Of a stretch of 64,000 nucleotides of DNA, positions 1 through 12,445 are shown piece after piece (position 1 is the stretch's first letter; every line of letters begins with the position of its first letter). Below the pieces are notes generated by a model. That model was not told where the DNA came from and made no database searches. It saw only the letters and a list, made by a program, of their open reading frames with translations. Made by a program: the position numbers and the translations under genes. The stretch is from Syncephalis fuscata S228 (lineage: Eukaryota > Fungi > Zoopagomycota): the NCBI GenBank assembly GCA_025786725.1, contig JAHLTZ010000022.1, forward strand, positions 372,001 through 436,000, in the 5' to 3' direction.

Positions 1-1317
1 TTTGTAATATAATATATGGTGGATAGTTAGCGTATAATTAGCTGATATGCAATAGCACTTACTGCCTATTATGTTATATTGCCAATATACATATTATAAA
101 ATATATAGTCATTACATAGTTAATTAGTGAATAATAGTATTGAGAGTACACTAGCTCTCCAAACTAGCTATTATACAATAACACTTACAAGCTATTGATG
201 TCAAATTGTCAGATATGCGCATTGCATAGCAGCGATTAGTGTATAATTACTTAGCATATAATAGCACTTACGAACTATTGATATTAAGTTTTATGTATAT
301 AGTATCCAATGTGTAATTAGCGCATATTCAAGTGTTATTAAATAACACTTGCCAACTATTAATATTAAATTATCAAACGCACGCATTATATAGTATGTGG
401 TTAGTGTGTGGTCAGTTAATATACAAACTACTAACAAACTATTAATATTGTGCCGTTTATACAGGCGGCAAATAGCATTTAATTAATGTATAGCTAAAAA
501 GTATAAGTATCACTTACAGCCTATCAATTTTAAGTTATTGGTAGAAACATTATACAAAATGTAATTAGTATAGAACTGATTAGTATACAATGGCACCTAC
601 AATCTATTATATGAGATTTTGATACAATCATATAGTATATAATTAGTTCGTATATAAGCAGTACATAGTTCCACTTACACCCTATGAATATTGAGTTGTT
701 GGTAAAATAGTAAATAAGTGTAATTAGTACAAAGCTAGCTAGTTTACAATGTCACCTACATCCTATTATATTATATTTTAAATAAATAAAATTTATAAAA
801 TACAGTTAGCACATAGCTAATCAGTGCGCAGCTTCACTTACGTCCTATTAATATTATGTTGTTGATAGATATGACAGACAACATGCAGTTAGGCTATATT
901 CAATTAGTATACAGTCTCACTTACGTCCTGTTAAAGTTATGTTGTTAACGCATGTAATACATAGCATATAATTGGTAAGTAATCAATTAATATAAATAAC
1001 ACTCACCGTCTATTGGTATTAGTTAGTTGATATAATGGCATATACCATACCATTAGTGTGCAATCAATAAATATACAATGCTACTTACGGGCTATTGATA
1101 TTAGGTTGATAAATGAATACAATAATTAGTTAGATTGCTATTAAGATACAATACCACTTACTATCTATTTATGTTGATTTGGCAAACAAAAGCAATGTTC
1201 AATTAAATCTTAATTAATATGTAATATTACTTACGTGCTATTAATGTTGATTCAGCATTGGTTAAACATAATACTAGTAAGCATAAATTATTGTTTAGTT
1301 ATTTTAAGTGCACATAC
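1..1317 (-). repeat. Degenerate tandem array of ~82-bp intron+micro-exon units
   Basis: Unit spacings are 83, 73, 73, 82, 82, 83, 82, 81, 78, 83, 82, 83, 81, 83 and 126 bp. The donor, acceptor and a CTAAY element are conserved in register, while the remaining sequence has diverged. Confidence 0.9.
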
Positions 1318-1410
1318 GACGACCTTCTTGATTTGGCGTAGCATCCACTATGGCTATATTAGCTACAAAAGCCACGAAGAAAGTAAAAAGACGACAATGA
1401 AAAGGTTCAT
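63..1410 (-). CDS. Secreted peptide precursor encoded by one signal-peptide exon (1410-1318) plus at least 15 consecutive 3-nt micro-exons; 3' end runs off the window
   Basis: On + the motif cacttac-NNN-ctatt (minus strand aatag|NNN|gtaagtg) recurs with NNN at 1235-1237, 1162-1164, 1089-1091, 1007-1009, 925-927, 842-844, 760-762, 679-681, 601-603, 518-520, 436-438, 353-355 (GC donor), 272-274, 189-191 and 63-65. Exon 1 starts ATG at 1410 and ends at donor gtatgt (1317). It needs one extra base in a T-run to read MNLFIVVFLL(F)FVAFVANIAIVDATPNQEGR. The micro-exons then add PHTHGRRWYCFFVPC. Confidence 0.75.
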
Positions 1411-3337
1411 GGTAATTTTGCTTGGATAGAAAAGAATCAAACCTAACACTAAAATGTATTTAGTATGAAGCAGGCAGTAGTGAATACTTGGCAAAATTAA
1501 AGGGCGGTGATGGTATTACCAAGGGTTTATGTGTATTTTGTGAGCTATTTAAATATTTAATTATAATGAGACAACGCCAATATGTATTGTATGGAATATG
1601 CCATTAAAACACAATGTAAGCTAATAGTGCATGTCTACACGATGCTTTGAAGCGTGTGTATACTAATAGATCAATGGAGTATTAGTATATAATCTAGCTC
1701 TTTGTTTCACTCTACTTGGCACTTGTACAAACAATACAATGATATCAGCTATACAGTGCATTTGTGATATAAATAAATATGCCAATCTACACTGTACTTT
1801 GTACAATACGACAATATCATAACAAAGGACGGCAAATTTATAGGAACAACGATAAAGCATTGCTGCATCTTGTTCCTGATTTTTCAAAAAGCCTCAATAG
1901 CAAATACCTGCTTGTGTTCCAAACAAAGAGTGTTATGTTGCAGCATATCCAATACATTGCACTGATTTTGTGTAAACTAATCATAGTACTGAACTATAAG
2001 AATAATAAATACGCAAATAAATAGTAAACTGTATCTGCAAATGCATTATATTCAAGTATATCATACATCACATCATTTAACCATTAACATTTAAAACAAT
2101 AAATTTTTATACTTGACTGGACATTGGCGGTAAAATAAACTTTGTTTGTGCTGTAGTGCATCATGACATTTTAACAATAAAACATTCCGTCCAGTCATTG
2201 ATGAATCAATTGTTTGTCTGTAAGCTAGCTTTCATCATCTAAATTACGTGCAATACAATTTGCAGATATCAGGCTGTGCACACCACCTCATTACAAACAC
2301 AAGTTGTTTTTTTTAAATGTACAATGACAATGGTTGCATACCAACTAGTGACCATTCAAAAACTAGCTAGTGTTTAATGCTTCTAAATTTAACTCTGACG
2401 ACAAACAATACAATTTTTTTACGAAAATAACAAACAAAACAGGTAACAATAAAAAAACAATTAGCAACTTCAATTACATGGATTAACTTTGTAAAACCAC
2501 ACTGTAATCAAAAGCAAATCATGCGATTATTCCAATTAGGCTGAAAACAACGAACAGCACACCGTCGCAGCTTAAATTTATTTTTTAGTAACTTTAAACT
2601 CCGACAAAAAATTAACATATTTATCCACACCAAACTTCGTGATCATGCCGAATGCATTCTATCCGACTCCGAAGATCGTCGTGTAGTGACATGCAGGAAG
2701 AACGTCGAAAATACACATGCGATAAACTGCAAGACTCAACATATTGCTCACTATATCTATAATAAATGAGGGTGTTGAATGACAGCATTTTATATTCATA
2801 ATGCCTACCAAGGCCGTTGCACGAGGCTTAATGGTGGCTAGAAATGAATAGAAACGCTATCCTTTGCCTCGATCCAATGGTACATGTTATTGCCATGTCT
2901 ATCCTCATCCTATCAATATCGCTTGTCGATGGATACATAAATCCATTAGTGATCTATAGATAACTTTACCTGCTCAGCCTGTGTAGTCTTATCAGAGCCA
3001 ATTTAACTGTTCAAGTCAATTCTGTGACTTGGCCAAGGCACATGCTTTTCTACAAATTACATGCTTGAACCGGTTTGCCATGACCGTTGGATTAATTAGT
3101 GATCATCAGGTTAAAAGGATGCCTCACAAGGGACACAGGTTGTCTACAGCTTCGCCTAATGCTGGCCAGCGTCATTGGACGAAGCTGGACCACTACAACA
3201 GGCGTCGAGGACCTGTCGCGTGGATGTTGTTGTATAGGTAAAGAGCATGTGTATGTAGGTGTGGGCTCTTTTAAAGAATACTAACGTGGCTGTAAGTAGT
3301 AATTTACGCTTAGTGCAGCCATTTCCTCGTCTCGTTT

Positions 3338-3368
3338 TTCTCTCTCTTTTCTCTCTCTCTCTCTCTCT
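3338..3368. repeat. (CT)n microsatellite / pyrimidine tract upstream of RasGEF-1
   Basis: tctctctc runs. Confidence 0.8.
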
Positions 3369-4137
3369 ATCTATTCCATACCATCCATTATTTATCTATT
3401 GAAAGTTCTTTATTGTTGCCGTGCGCTGTTGTTAGTAAACTCCGCCTGTTGACCCGTTGAATATACACACATACACTGTCACCACTAGTCTATTATCTTT
3501 ATTACTATCACTACCACCAACGCACCCACACCTGTTTCAACGACAATTACACCACTTACTCCCTTTTCCTAGTTCTTCTTCTACTTTTCTTCTTCTACTT
3601 TCTTCTTCTTCTTCCGTTCTATTCCTACTATCTTTGCCGCTGCAAACTGTTAACGCAGCAGTTTTGCTTGTCGACATTGGGCAGGCACACGTTTATCTTC
3701 CGTGTATTGCCACACAGTCTAGTTCGTGTTCCTTTCTCACCTCCCTTTTTGTTGTCACAGGCTCCTTTTAGTGCCTTTTTACGCTATCAGCTGACTGAAG
3801 GCTGGCCCGTACCACGGTTATTCCTCACGTTTCCTCTTCATCTCTGCACTATTTAGTGTAAAAGTATCCGGCTGTAAATTACTTTTAGTTGCGCGAACTG
3901 TAGTAACAGTAACGGTGCCATTTTTTTTCAAAGTGGCGTGCCATTGAGGTACGTATGTGTAAGTGTGTTTGTGTGTGTTTGTGTGTGTTTGTGTGTATTT
4001 GCGTATGTGAGTGGTACTTTGTTAAAGGAAGGTGAGAGAAACTATAGATTTTTAGTTAAAAATTTCCGACAGTTTAGTATATAATAATTATTATGCTTTA
4101 CTGTGGATTCGATTTATTTTGTTGTAAATACAATCAT

Positions 4138-4170
4138 AGTAGCAGTAGTAGTAGTAGTAGTAGTAGTAGC
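4138..4170. repeat. (AGT)n microsatellite
   Basis: agtagcagtagtagtagtagtagtagtagtagc. Confidence 0.85.
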
Positions 4171-5032
4171 AATAGCAGTCATATGTAAGTAACTGATAAT
4201 TTGAATTTGAATTGCCTTAAACAATTGTCAGTTTATTGGTCACTTGAGCTATTGCTGAGCTTCAAATTGGTCCAATATCATAGGTAGTGCTAATAATGAT
4301 AGAACAAAGATTTTAAATGTGTGCACGCATGAATTGAAACATATTTTTATTATTATGGAGTATATATATATTATGAATAGGTTAACTGAGCAATATAAAA
4401 AGCAATATATATATATGTGGAAGGATAAGCATCTGGTATTAACAATATCAATGAAATAGTCATAGCTTATCAGTTAAAGATCATGAAACTACACTTTCTC
4501 GTCTTTAGTATAGATAACAAATATAATAATGGTTTCATGTTCTTTGTCTTTACCCCGACTATCGTTTACTAGTATTTATTATTAGTACATATATAATTGA
4601 ATTATACATAGTTATATTACTGCTTTGCTGTACTAGTCCATCTCTAGATGGCCCTGCTAATTCGGGTTCTTTGTTCGTATTCTACATTGTGTTATTTCAT
4701 ATAAAAAATGCAACATTTGCTCTAACTTGGTATACTAACTGAATTTACATTCTATTTATCCATTTAGATATAAACCGTTGCGTTAAATAGTCTACTTGAT
4801 GAACTTTGGATTTGACAAGTGTACACCATCTATTCATCGCTATTTGCAGATACTGAGCCATCTCAATATTGATTGGAAGGCTAAGCGGCCATAAAAGGTA
4901 GTATTGATAATTAGCATCATAAAATGTAAATACTAATATATTATTATTATTATAGTACAACCATTGGATTTGATACCTATTATTATATTTTAGTATTATT
5001 ATTTTATTTTTATTTTTATTTAAACTGCCACA

Positions 5033-8000
5033 ATGACGTGGAGTCTTTCTGATGTGATTAAATTAAACCTTACTCGGGTCAAGGTAGATAGAATAATAGC
5101 ATTCAAATCACTTAACATTATATTAATCCACCTTGCTATTACTACCACTAGTCCCAACGTGAATTGATGTCGCCAGAGGATGAAATCGATGAGAACAATG
5201 TGGATGTAGCTGATTCAACAGCCGCTCATCCCATCGGTGTCATGACCCGTGCTGACTCTGCCCCCACTATGAGTGCATCAACAGAAGCCGACAGTCCAGA
5301 CGAACCGCGTAAAAGTCTAAGTAAACACCGTACAAATCAATCGGTATCTACACTGCCATTTGAAGAACTCAGCACGCCCAATACCAATAATACCAATATG
5401 AATAGCTTGCCTAGCTCTTTAAAACTTGTGCCACGACCAAAAGGTAGCTTGTCATCGATCACCTCGGCTAGCGAGAATTCATCAAGTGCAGTAGCATCTC
5501 CTATATCTTCCTCTTTCCCAACTTCGCCTACCAATGCGACAGTTACATCGCCAATGATGCGTATGCCATCATTGACCGATCTAGCACTTACTGCTCAAGC
5601 AGCCCATCATCGAGAAGTAGTCACCACGGCAGTGAGTCGTCTTCTTACAACGCTACAGTCAATATCTACTGCTTTTGAGTCCACTGAAACAAATGATACC
5701 GATCAACCTGAGGATAATTTAAATGTATTTGCCACCAATCCCGATTATATGAGACTTACTGGCTCATTAACCGCCCAAGCAGTCGCAGTCTATGGCACGG
5801 TCCAGCAATTATACTCGGCATTATCTGGTGTTATGCTACCAAAGTCGCTTATTAATACAGCGGCCATCTCCACTCATGCAGATCGTGGACAGCGATTGAT
5901 GGATGCATTTCGCGAATTAGACGGTATTCGTTCACAGTTACTACAAGAGGCCCAATTACAATCGTCAACGATCAGAAAAGCCCGAAATGCCGGTGAAATC
6001 ATGCCAGTAGCCGAGCTTATTAGCCGGGCTAATCGAATCCTTCAAACGGCCGATGCTGCTGTTGCTGGTGCCCGTGCAGTAGCTCGACAAAAAGAAGTAC
6101 TATCCCGGTTACTAGCTCGTGACCAAGTACCTACTGTAACAACACCTACTACAGAAACAGATGAATCAGCTTCAGCTGCAACAAGTCCATCTGGTGATGG
6201 TTTTGGTCAACGCATACCTAATGCTACAAATGGCACATCACCAACCAGCTCTAACGCTGGATCACCACCCGGTGCTAGTCCATCAGTAATGAGCTTTGAA
6301 GCACGTATGCTGACTAGTCGACGTGCTAAAAGTATTGGCCAGTTACGCAACGGTGTGCCGAGTGATAATAGTAATAATAATAGCACAACATCCATACTAG
6401 CCCGCAATGCACAAACGGCAACTGGCATGTCAGCCAGTACAACCAATCTATCTATTACTTCACGTAGATCTGCGTCACATCGTCGTGGCACACCTTCAGA
6501 AGGACAGGTGGCCATTATTGGACTGGCATCAAGAGCTATGGTTGTTGATACAATGCATAGTCCTACTGTGCCACCTACACCTACATTCACCACCTCACCT
6601 ATACATGATGACAACCTTGCTAATACTAATGGTAGTGACCGACAAACGCCATCGAATGAAACGAATAATGACATCAACTATGTACCTTTATTAAAATCAA
6701 GAAGTTCAAATGGCAATTCACAAGGTGGGCTGCCGACTCGTCCTATGTTTAATCGTAATCATACGGTGGATGTATTGCCAGATAGTGCTCGTATAGGTGC
6801 TCGTGGCCGTTCCAATAGTGCATTGCCGATGCATGGTGCACCTTCCTCACCACTATTATCGCCGATTGAGTATTCTAGTTCATTGCCTGAACATCTACGC
6901 ATTGCTTCGCAACGTAATGCTGAAAGACTAGCCCATGACTCACTCGTATCGCGTATGACTCGACCACGCCGAGTTACTGATGCGAGTGTTGTCATTCTAC
7001 CACCACCACCATCCACTACCCCGCCATTTACCGCAGAGAGTCGCCGTAACAACGGTGCCAATTATGGCTCACTTTCACCACACTCACCACACTCACCTTC
7101 ATTGTCACCGTCCGGTACACGGTCACCAGGTGCACAGCCACGCCGACGATCACCGAGTCAGCGTCGTCCTTCAATGCCATTTATTATTGTACCATCACGT
7201 ACCGCACCCACCTCACCTAATATACGCCCATTAATGTCTGAACCGCCTAAAAGTGCCGGCCCACATAGTCGATCATTTCCGATTAGCTTATCAGATGATA
7301 TACCATCACCAGGCCTACCATTACCCGGGCCTAACCAATTTGCATTCTTAACGGAGCGTAGTGGATCCAAGACTAAAGCATACAATGCACGGGCCCGTAG
7401 TTGTAGTGTGGGTTCACTTAATGAATTTATTGCTATTGGCAGTTCACCCCGACCTGGATTGAATTCAAATCACATTAATGCATCACAGCGCCGTCCACCA
7501 CCCATTGGTTCATTTGCGACGACCACATCTCCTGTGACTGAAGAGTCAACACTCAGCAAAACAGATGGTGTAGAATCGCAATTAACAATGACACAACTTG
7601 ATGTTCGTCGTCAATCAGTCATATCCAACGCTTCTAATAATCGATCACGTAATTCTATCGATACAATGACCAGTTCATTATACGGTTATGATGCTATGGA
7701 ATTGACACCAGATAATATAGAGTCAGATCAGCACTTGTCTAATACTGCACCAGCTAGTGCAGCTGTAGACGATACAGCAGCTCTATCTAATTTCGGTGCA
7801 CTTCCTACAAGTATATTTAATGACGCGATATCCAATACGAGTATTGCATCTGCATCAACACCAAAGGATGAATCTGACCAATCTGTATTTATTAATTCAT
7901 CAGATAATTCAGTAGTCATTACTACAGCCAATACTACTACAAATACCATAACAAGTCCATTAAATGATAGCTTTGATCGACAAGCCATGACTTTACCAGA

Positions 8001-10332
8001 TACCGGTAATGTACCAGTGATGAATGTGAAGATGATGCAGATGATGATGAACAACAACAACAACAACAACAAGAGACGGCAACAACGAGTGATGACAAGG
8101 ATAACAGTAATACAACAGAAGATATTACCGATTCAAGTCCATTTAAATCTACTCGTTCTCGTGTTACATTTATGCCAACTGTTTGTCAACCAACAGAGAA
8201 TAGTGAAGAATTAACAGTGGAACAACAACCAATTGATACAGCACTATTAACTGAGAATGATAGTGGTGTGCCTGGTATCAATGACAATAGTGACGAGTCA
8301 GATCCTGATGATAGTCAAATATTGTCACCTAAACGAGTACAATTCTCTGTAGAAGCAGCAGATTCAGATTCAGATAGTAAATCTGATGAAGACGAAGATG
8401 AAGATACTAAATCGAATACTGATCATAATGAAACACTGGAAGACGAAGAGGAGGAGGAGGATGAAGATAACGAAGAAGAAGAAGAAGAAGAAGAAGAAGA
8501 AGAGCCAACAGCAGCACTTTCACCAACTTTCCTTGAGGTAAGTTATTAAAAATATTAATATTAATATTAATATTATATATATATATGTTAATGTATATTG
8601 TATATTAGAATATTCCAAAGCCAAAGGGATGGTATCTTGGATATGATTATCGTACACAAGATATTATGTTCAATAATAATAAAGTCAGTGGTGGTACTTT
8701 AGAAGCCTTGGTAGAACGATTAACGCTACACGATCAAGCAGCTGGTAAGCTAAATAGATAGATAGATAGATAGATAAATTTATTATATTAATGTATTATT
8801 AACACAAAATAACCATATTACTATATTACTATGTAACTATATTATAGATATGGATTTTACTAAAGCATTTTTATTATGTTTCCGTTGTTTCTGTCCACCA
8901 CAACATCTTTTGAATTTGTTGATTGAACGATTTACACTTCAACCGCCCAATGGACTTACTAATGAAGAGAAAGAAGAATGGCACACTAAAAAATTGGTAC
9001 CATTAAGACTTCGGTAAGTCATAGATGACTATATAACTATATAGCATCATACTAATGAATGAATCTATATATATACATATTATAATCTATTATAGCGTAT
9101 TTAATATTACAAAAAGCTGGCTTGAAGTCTATTTTATTCCCGAAGAAGATTCTATTGTTCTTGATGATATGAAGGAATTTGTAGCTGAAGTAGTTAGTAC
9201 TCAACTACCAGCTGTAGCCAATCGTTTGATGCGTCTCATTACTCAGCGTGTAAGTATTTACCATTTACTATCTAGTTACTATAACCAATATCTATGCATT
9301 AATAGATTGCTATGGGTGTACAAAACCTACCGGCTGTGGAAGGCACTGCTGTTAATTCATCGATGCCTCTTGGTTCTAGAGTGGGCATGTTTGGACAGTC
9401 AAGTTCATCCGATTCACCAGGCAACTCCGAAACATCATCTTCTATTACATCTTCTATTCTATCCTCAAAAAAAGCACCCAACTCTGTATTAGCCATGGAT
9501 GCTAATGAAATTGCCAATCAGCTTACATTAATGGACAGTAAACTATTCTGTGCCATTACACCGCGTGAATTAATTGGACAAGAATTCTCTAAGAAGGAGG
9601 GCAGTCTGGCCGTCAATGTCAAGGCCATGAGTACATTGAGTACCCAAGTGACGACCTGGGTGGCGGAGAATATTCTCTATGAGAACGACATTAAGAAGCG
9701 AGTGGCTCTTATTAAACATTTTATTAAAGTGGGCGATGTAAGTATTAGATGTTATTAATAGTCTGTATATTAATATGTGATCATATTATAGCGCTGTTTA
9801 CAGCTAAAGAACTACAATTCGGTATTTGCCATCTTTAGTGCACTTAATTCATCGAATGTACAACGATTAAAACGCACGTGGAAGGTAAGTTATTACTTTT
9901 GATAACAAACTATAAACTAACGCTATATACTAGTCTATTTCTAATCGAGCCATGACTTCATTCTATGCTTTGTCACGGGCCTGTGATTGTACTCGTAATT
10001 TTGCAGCTTACCGAGCCCGTCTTAAGCAAGAATTGCCCCCGTGCTTGCCGTTTATGGGTGTTTACCTTACCGATCTTACCTTTATTGAAGATGGTAACGC
10101 TAAATTGAAGCGATGCACCACCGCCACCCATATTATGATCAACTTTAGCAAGTATCTTAAAACGGTACAACTACTTAATGAGATCCAACGCTTCCAAGTT
10201 ATGCCGTATCCAATGGCTGAAGTCTCATCTATTCAGAATAGTATGCGTAAATGGTTTGATGAATCAATAACGGGTGGCGATCAAGAAACACTCTACCAAG
10301 CCAGTCTACGCTTGGAACCACGTGAAGGTTAA
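5033..10332 (+). CDS. Ras guanine-nucleotide exchange factor (REM + CDC25 domains) with a long Ser/Pro-rich N-terminus and acidic tract; multi-exon
   Basis: ATG 5033 and intron 5084-5151 join in frame to ORF 5164. REM motif GGTLEALVERLTLHD at ~8690. CDC25 motifs EIANQLTLMD, QVTTWVAENIL, PPCLPFMGVYLTDLTFIEDGN, INFSK and LYQASLRLEPRE. Frameshift near 8030. Confidence 0.92.
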
Positions 10333-12445
10333 ACATTACCATTACCACCACCAAAAAGCTTTAATTAATAATATTATAACAAGATCAATATTATATAAGA
10401 GCAATAGCCATGGCTAAAGAAAAGAGGACGTTGACGGTAACCGTGTTATTGGTTCTCTATGTACTCTGTCTTTTTTCCTTTCGTTTCTTTTCTTTTCTTC
10501 TATTCATTAATTATCTCTACTATGTGCATTTTGCTACCGACGATATCTTGTAAGCAATTCTCTCGTTTAAATTATCAATAATAATAATTGGCAGTTTTTA
10601 TAAAACACTTTTTACTATTTGTTCTCCTCTCTCTATCTCCCCTCCTCTATCGCTTTCTCTCTCTGTCCACTTACCTGTCTAATATTCTTATTTGATGTCA
10701 ATTGCCCCGATAATAATAACAACAACGATTCGTCATTACTAGCTTTATTGTAACACATGTGTGTCATATGTACCATTGCAAATAATAGTTATCCTAATTG
10801 TTATATCAAGAATAATAATAGTAGTGCTTATTTCACTAATCATCCTATATTTTATCAATTAAAAACAGCTACAAAGACGAGTTTGTTTAATTGACCAGTT
10901 ACGATAAATACAAAGAATATTGTACAATAAAAGTCGGTAACAATTCATTGTTGTATATCGTTGATTGTCATATTGTTTTAAAATAAACGACATGTGACAT
11001 GTAAATGGTCTATGACCTGGGCAATGTTTTATATCGTCTCCGTTCTCCGTTCTCCGTGTCCAAAGACATGAGCGTTGTCGTCACATGGAACAAATGATAG
11101 CTAATGACATTGTATCGATAGTTTCACACTGTTATTATTGTATAAGGACTGTGTGTGTGTGTGTGTGAGTGTGTGGTATTGATGTTTCTATAGAAGAAAA
11201 ATGAATAAGCACCCACACAGTATCATTTATGAGTGATCAATGAGTGTACCACTAGGTATTTCATATAAATCGTTTAATCATCTGATTGGCCAATTAATTC
11301 GTATGGTATGAGCATGCGGTATGCATGTGTCTGTGGGTGGGTGTAATGGCTATGGATGCCATAGATAAAGATAAGTAGAGGGACAAGTCTAGTCTATAGG
11401 TAACATTACAAAGGCTTATTACCTTTACGGCTCAACACTTACGATGTAAAATAATAATATAAATGAAAGGTTACTATCTTCCGTCCTTATTTTGTTCTGT
11501 ATCCAGATTTAAAACCCTTTTGTACTCCGACAGATACTTCCTTGTTATTCATAACTCCGCCTCTAGTTTGGTGTCTCCGCTGCAACGTGGTGGATGGGCG
11601 TGTGGATGAGTGTTCTTTTACCTTCATTTATTTTCACTCTTTCTGTGTAGCACTGAGGTGTACTGTGTGTGGTGCAGTGTGGTGTTGACGGTCCTCTTTC
11701 TTCAACAGTGGTCGTTGTTGTTGTTACTGTTCTCTCTTTCTGTGTGCGTGTGTGTGTGTGTGTGTGTTTTACTGCATAGTTATCTTCTCTTTCAAACTGG
11801 CTTATCTCACTACACTCAGGCACTTTATCATATTATATTGTCATTATTATCGTTAATGCTCTTGTTTGAGGGGCTCTTTTCTGGTCAAAACATCTGCTAC
11901 TCTACCTTTACCTTGCACACGCTCAAACTATATCTACACTGTAGCGTATCATTTACTATTACAGCTATTCGTCTTTTTCTTCATTCTACATACATATTAT
12001 CGATTACTACTACTACATCACTCGCCGGTGAGTGTCTATCGATACAGCTCACTCTTCCGGCCTTTCTTTACTTAACAACAGCGGCACACTGCTAGAGTTA
12101 AATCACCTATACGGCTGCAGTTATTGCGGCGAAAGATACAAACGCACTTGTGCAGTCAAAGTGTTTCTATTACAGTCAGCACCGACTATTTTTGCGCATA
12201 TTTCCTTGTTGCTATCTACGTTCTCGGCTGGTACGAACAACTTAACAGGCCTCATTCTATTTTGTAAACTCTATAACATTGCTATATCAGTGCACATAGT
12301 ATCGCGCAAGCTATATTTTTATTGACAGTTGCGTAACAATTAAATATCGGCTATTGGTCGAATATAAGACATATACACATATATATCTATATATAGCTAT
12401 ATGTGTTTGCAATAAGGCACAAAACGTAGATTTAACATAAATAGC

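Noticed and set aside
165-167. Extra micro-exon aatag|CTA|gtttgg
   Set aside because: It would leave a 21-nt upstream intron and has a poor donor.
63-1237. Phase-0 reading of the micro-exons (HIPTDDDGIAFLFLA)
   Set aside because: It is open, but the matching frame of exon 1 contains three TAG stops. Only the phase-1 frame is open through the 3' half of exon 1.
1-1317. CRISPR array or ordinary minisatellite
   Set aside because: The context is eukaryotic with no cas genes. The conserved parts are exactly splice signals around a variable 3-mer, not a constant repeat with unique spacers.
1235-1429. Plus-strand 64-aa ORF
   Set aside because: It is the antisense shadow of the micro-exon gene's first exon and intron.
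3457-12325. Hydrophobic ORFs at 3457-3856 and 11563-12325 as membrane proteins
   Set aside because: They derive from CT/GT-rich low-complexity leader and promoter sequence upstream of the RasGEFs and show no family motifs.
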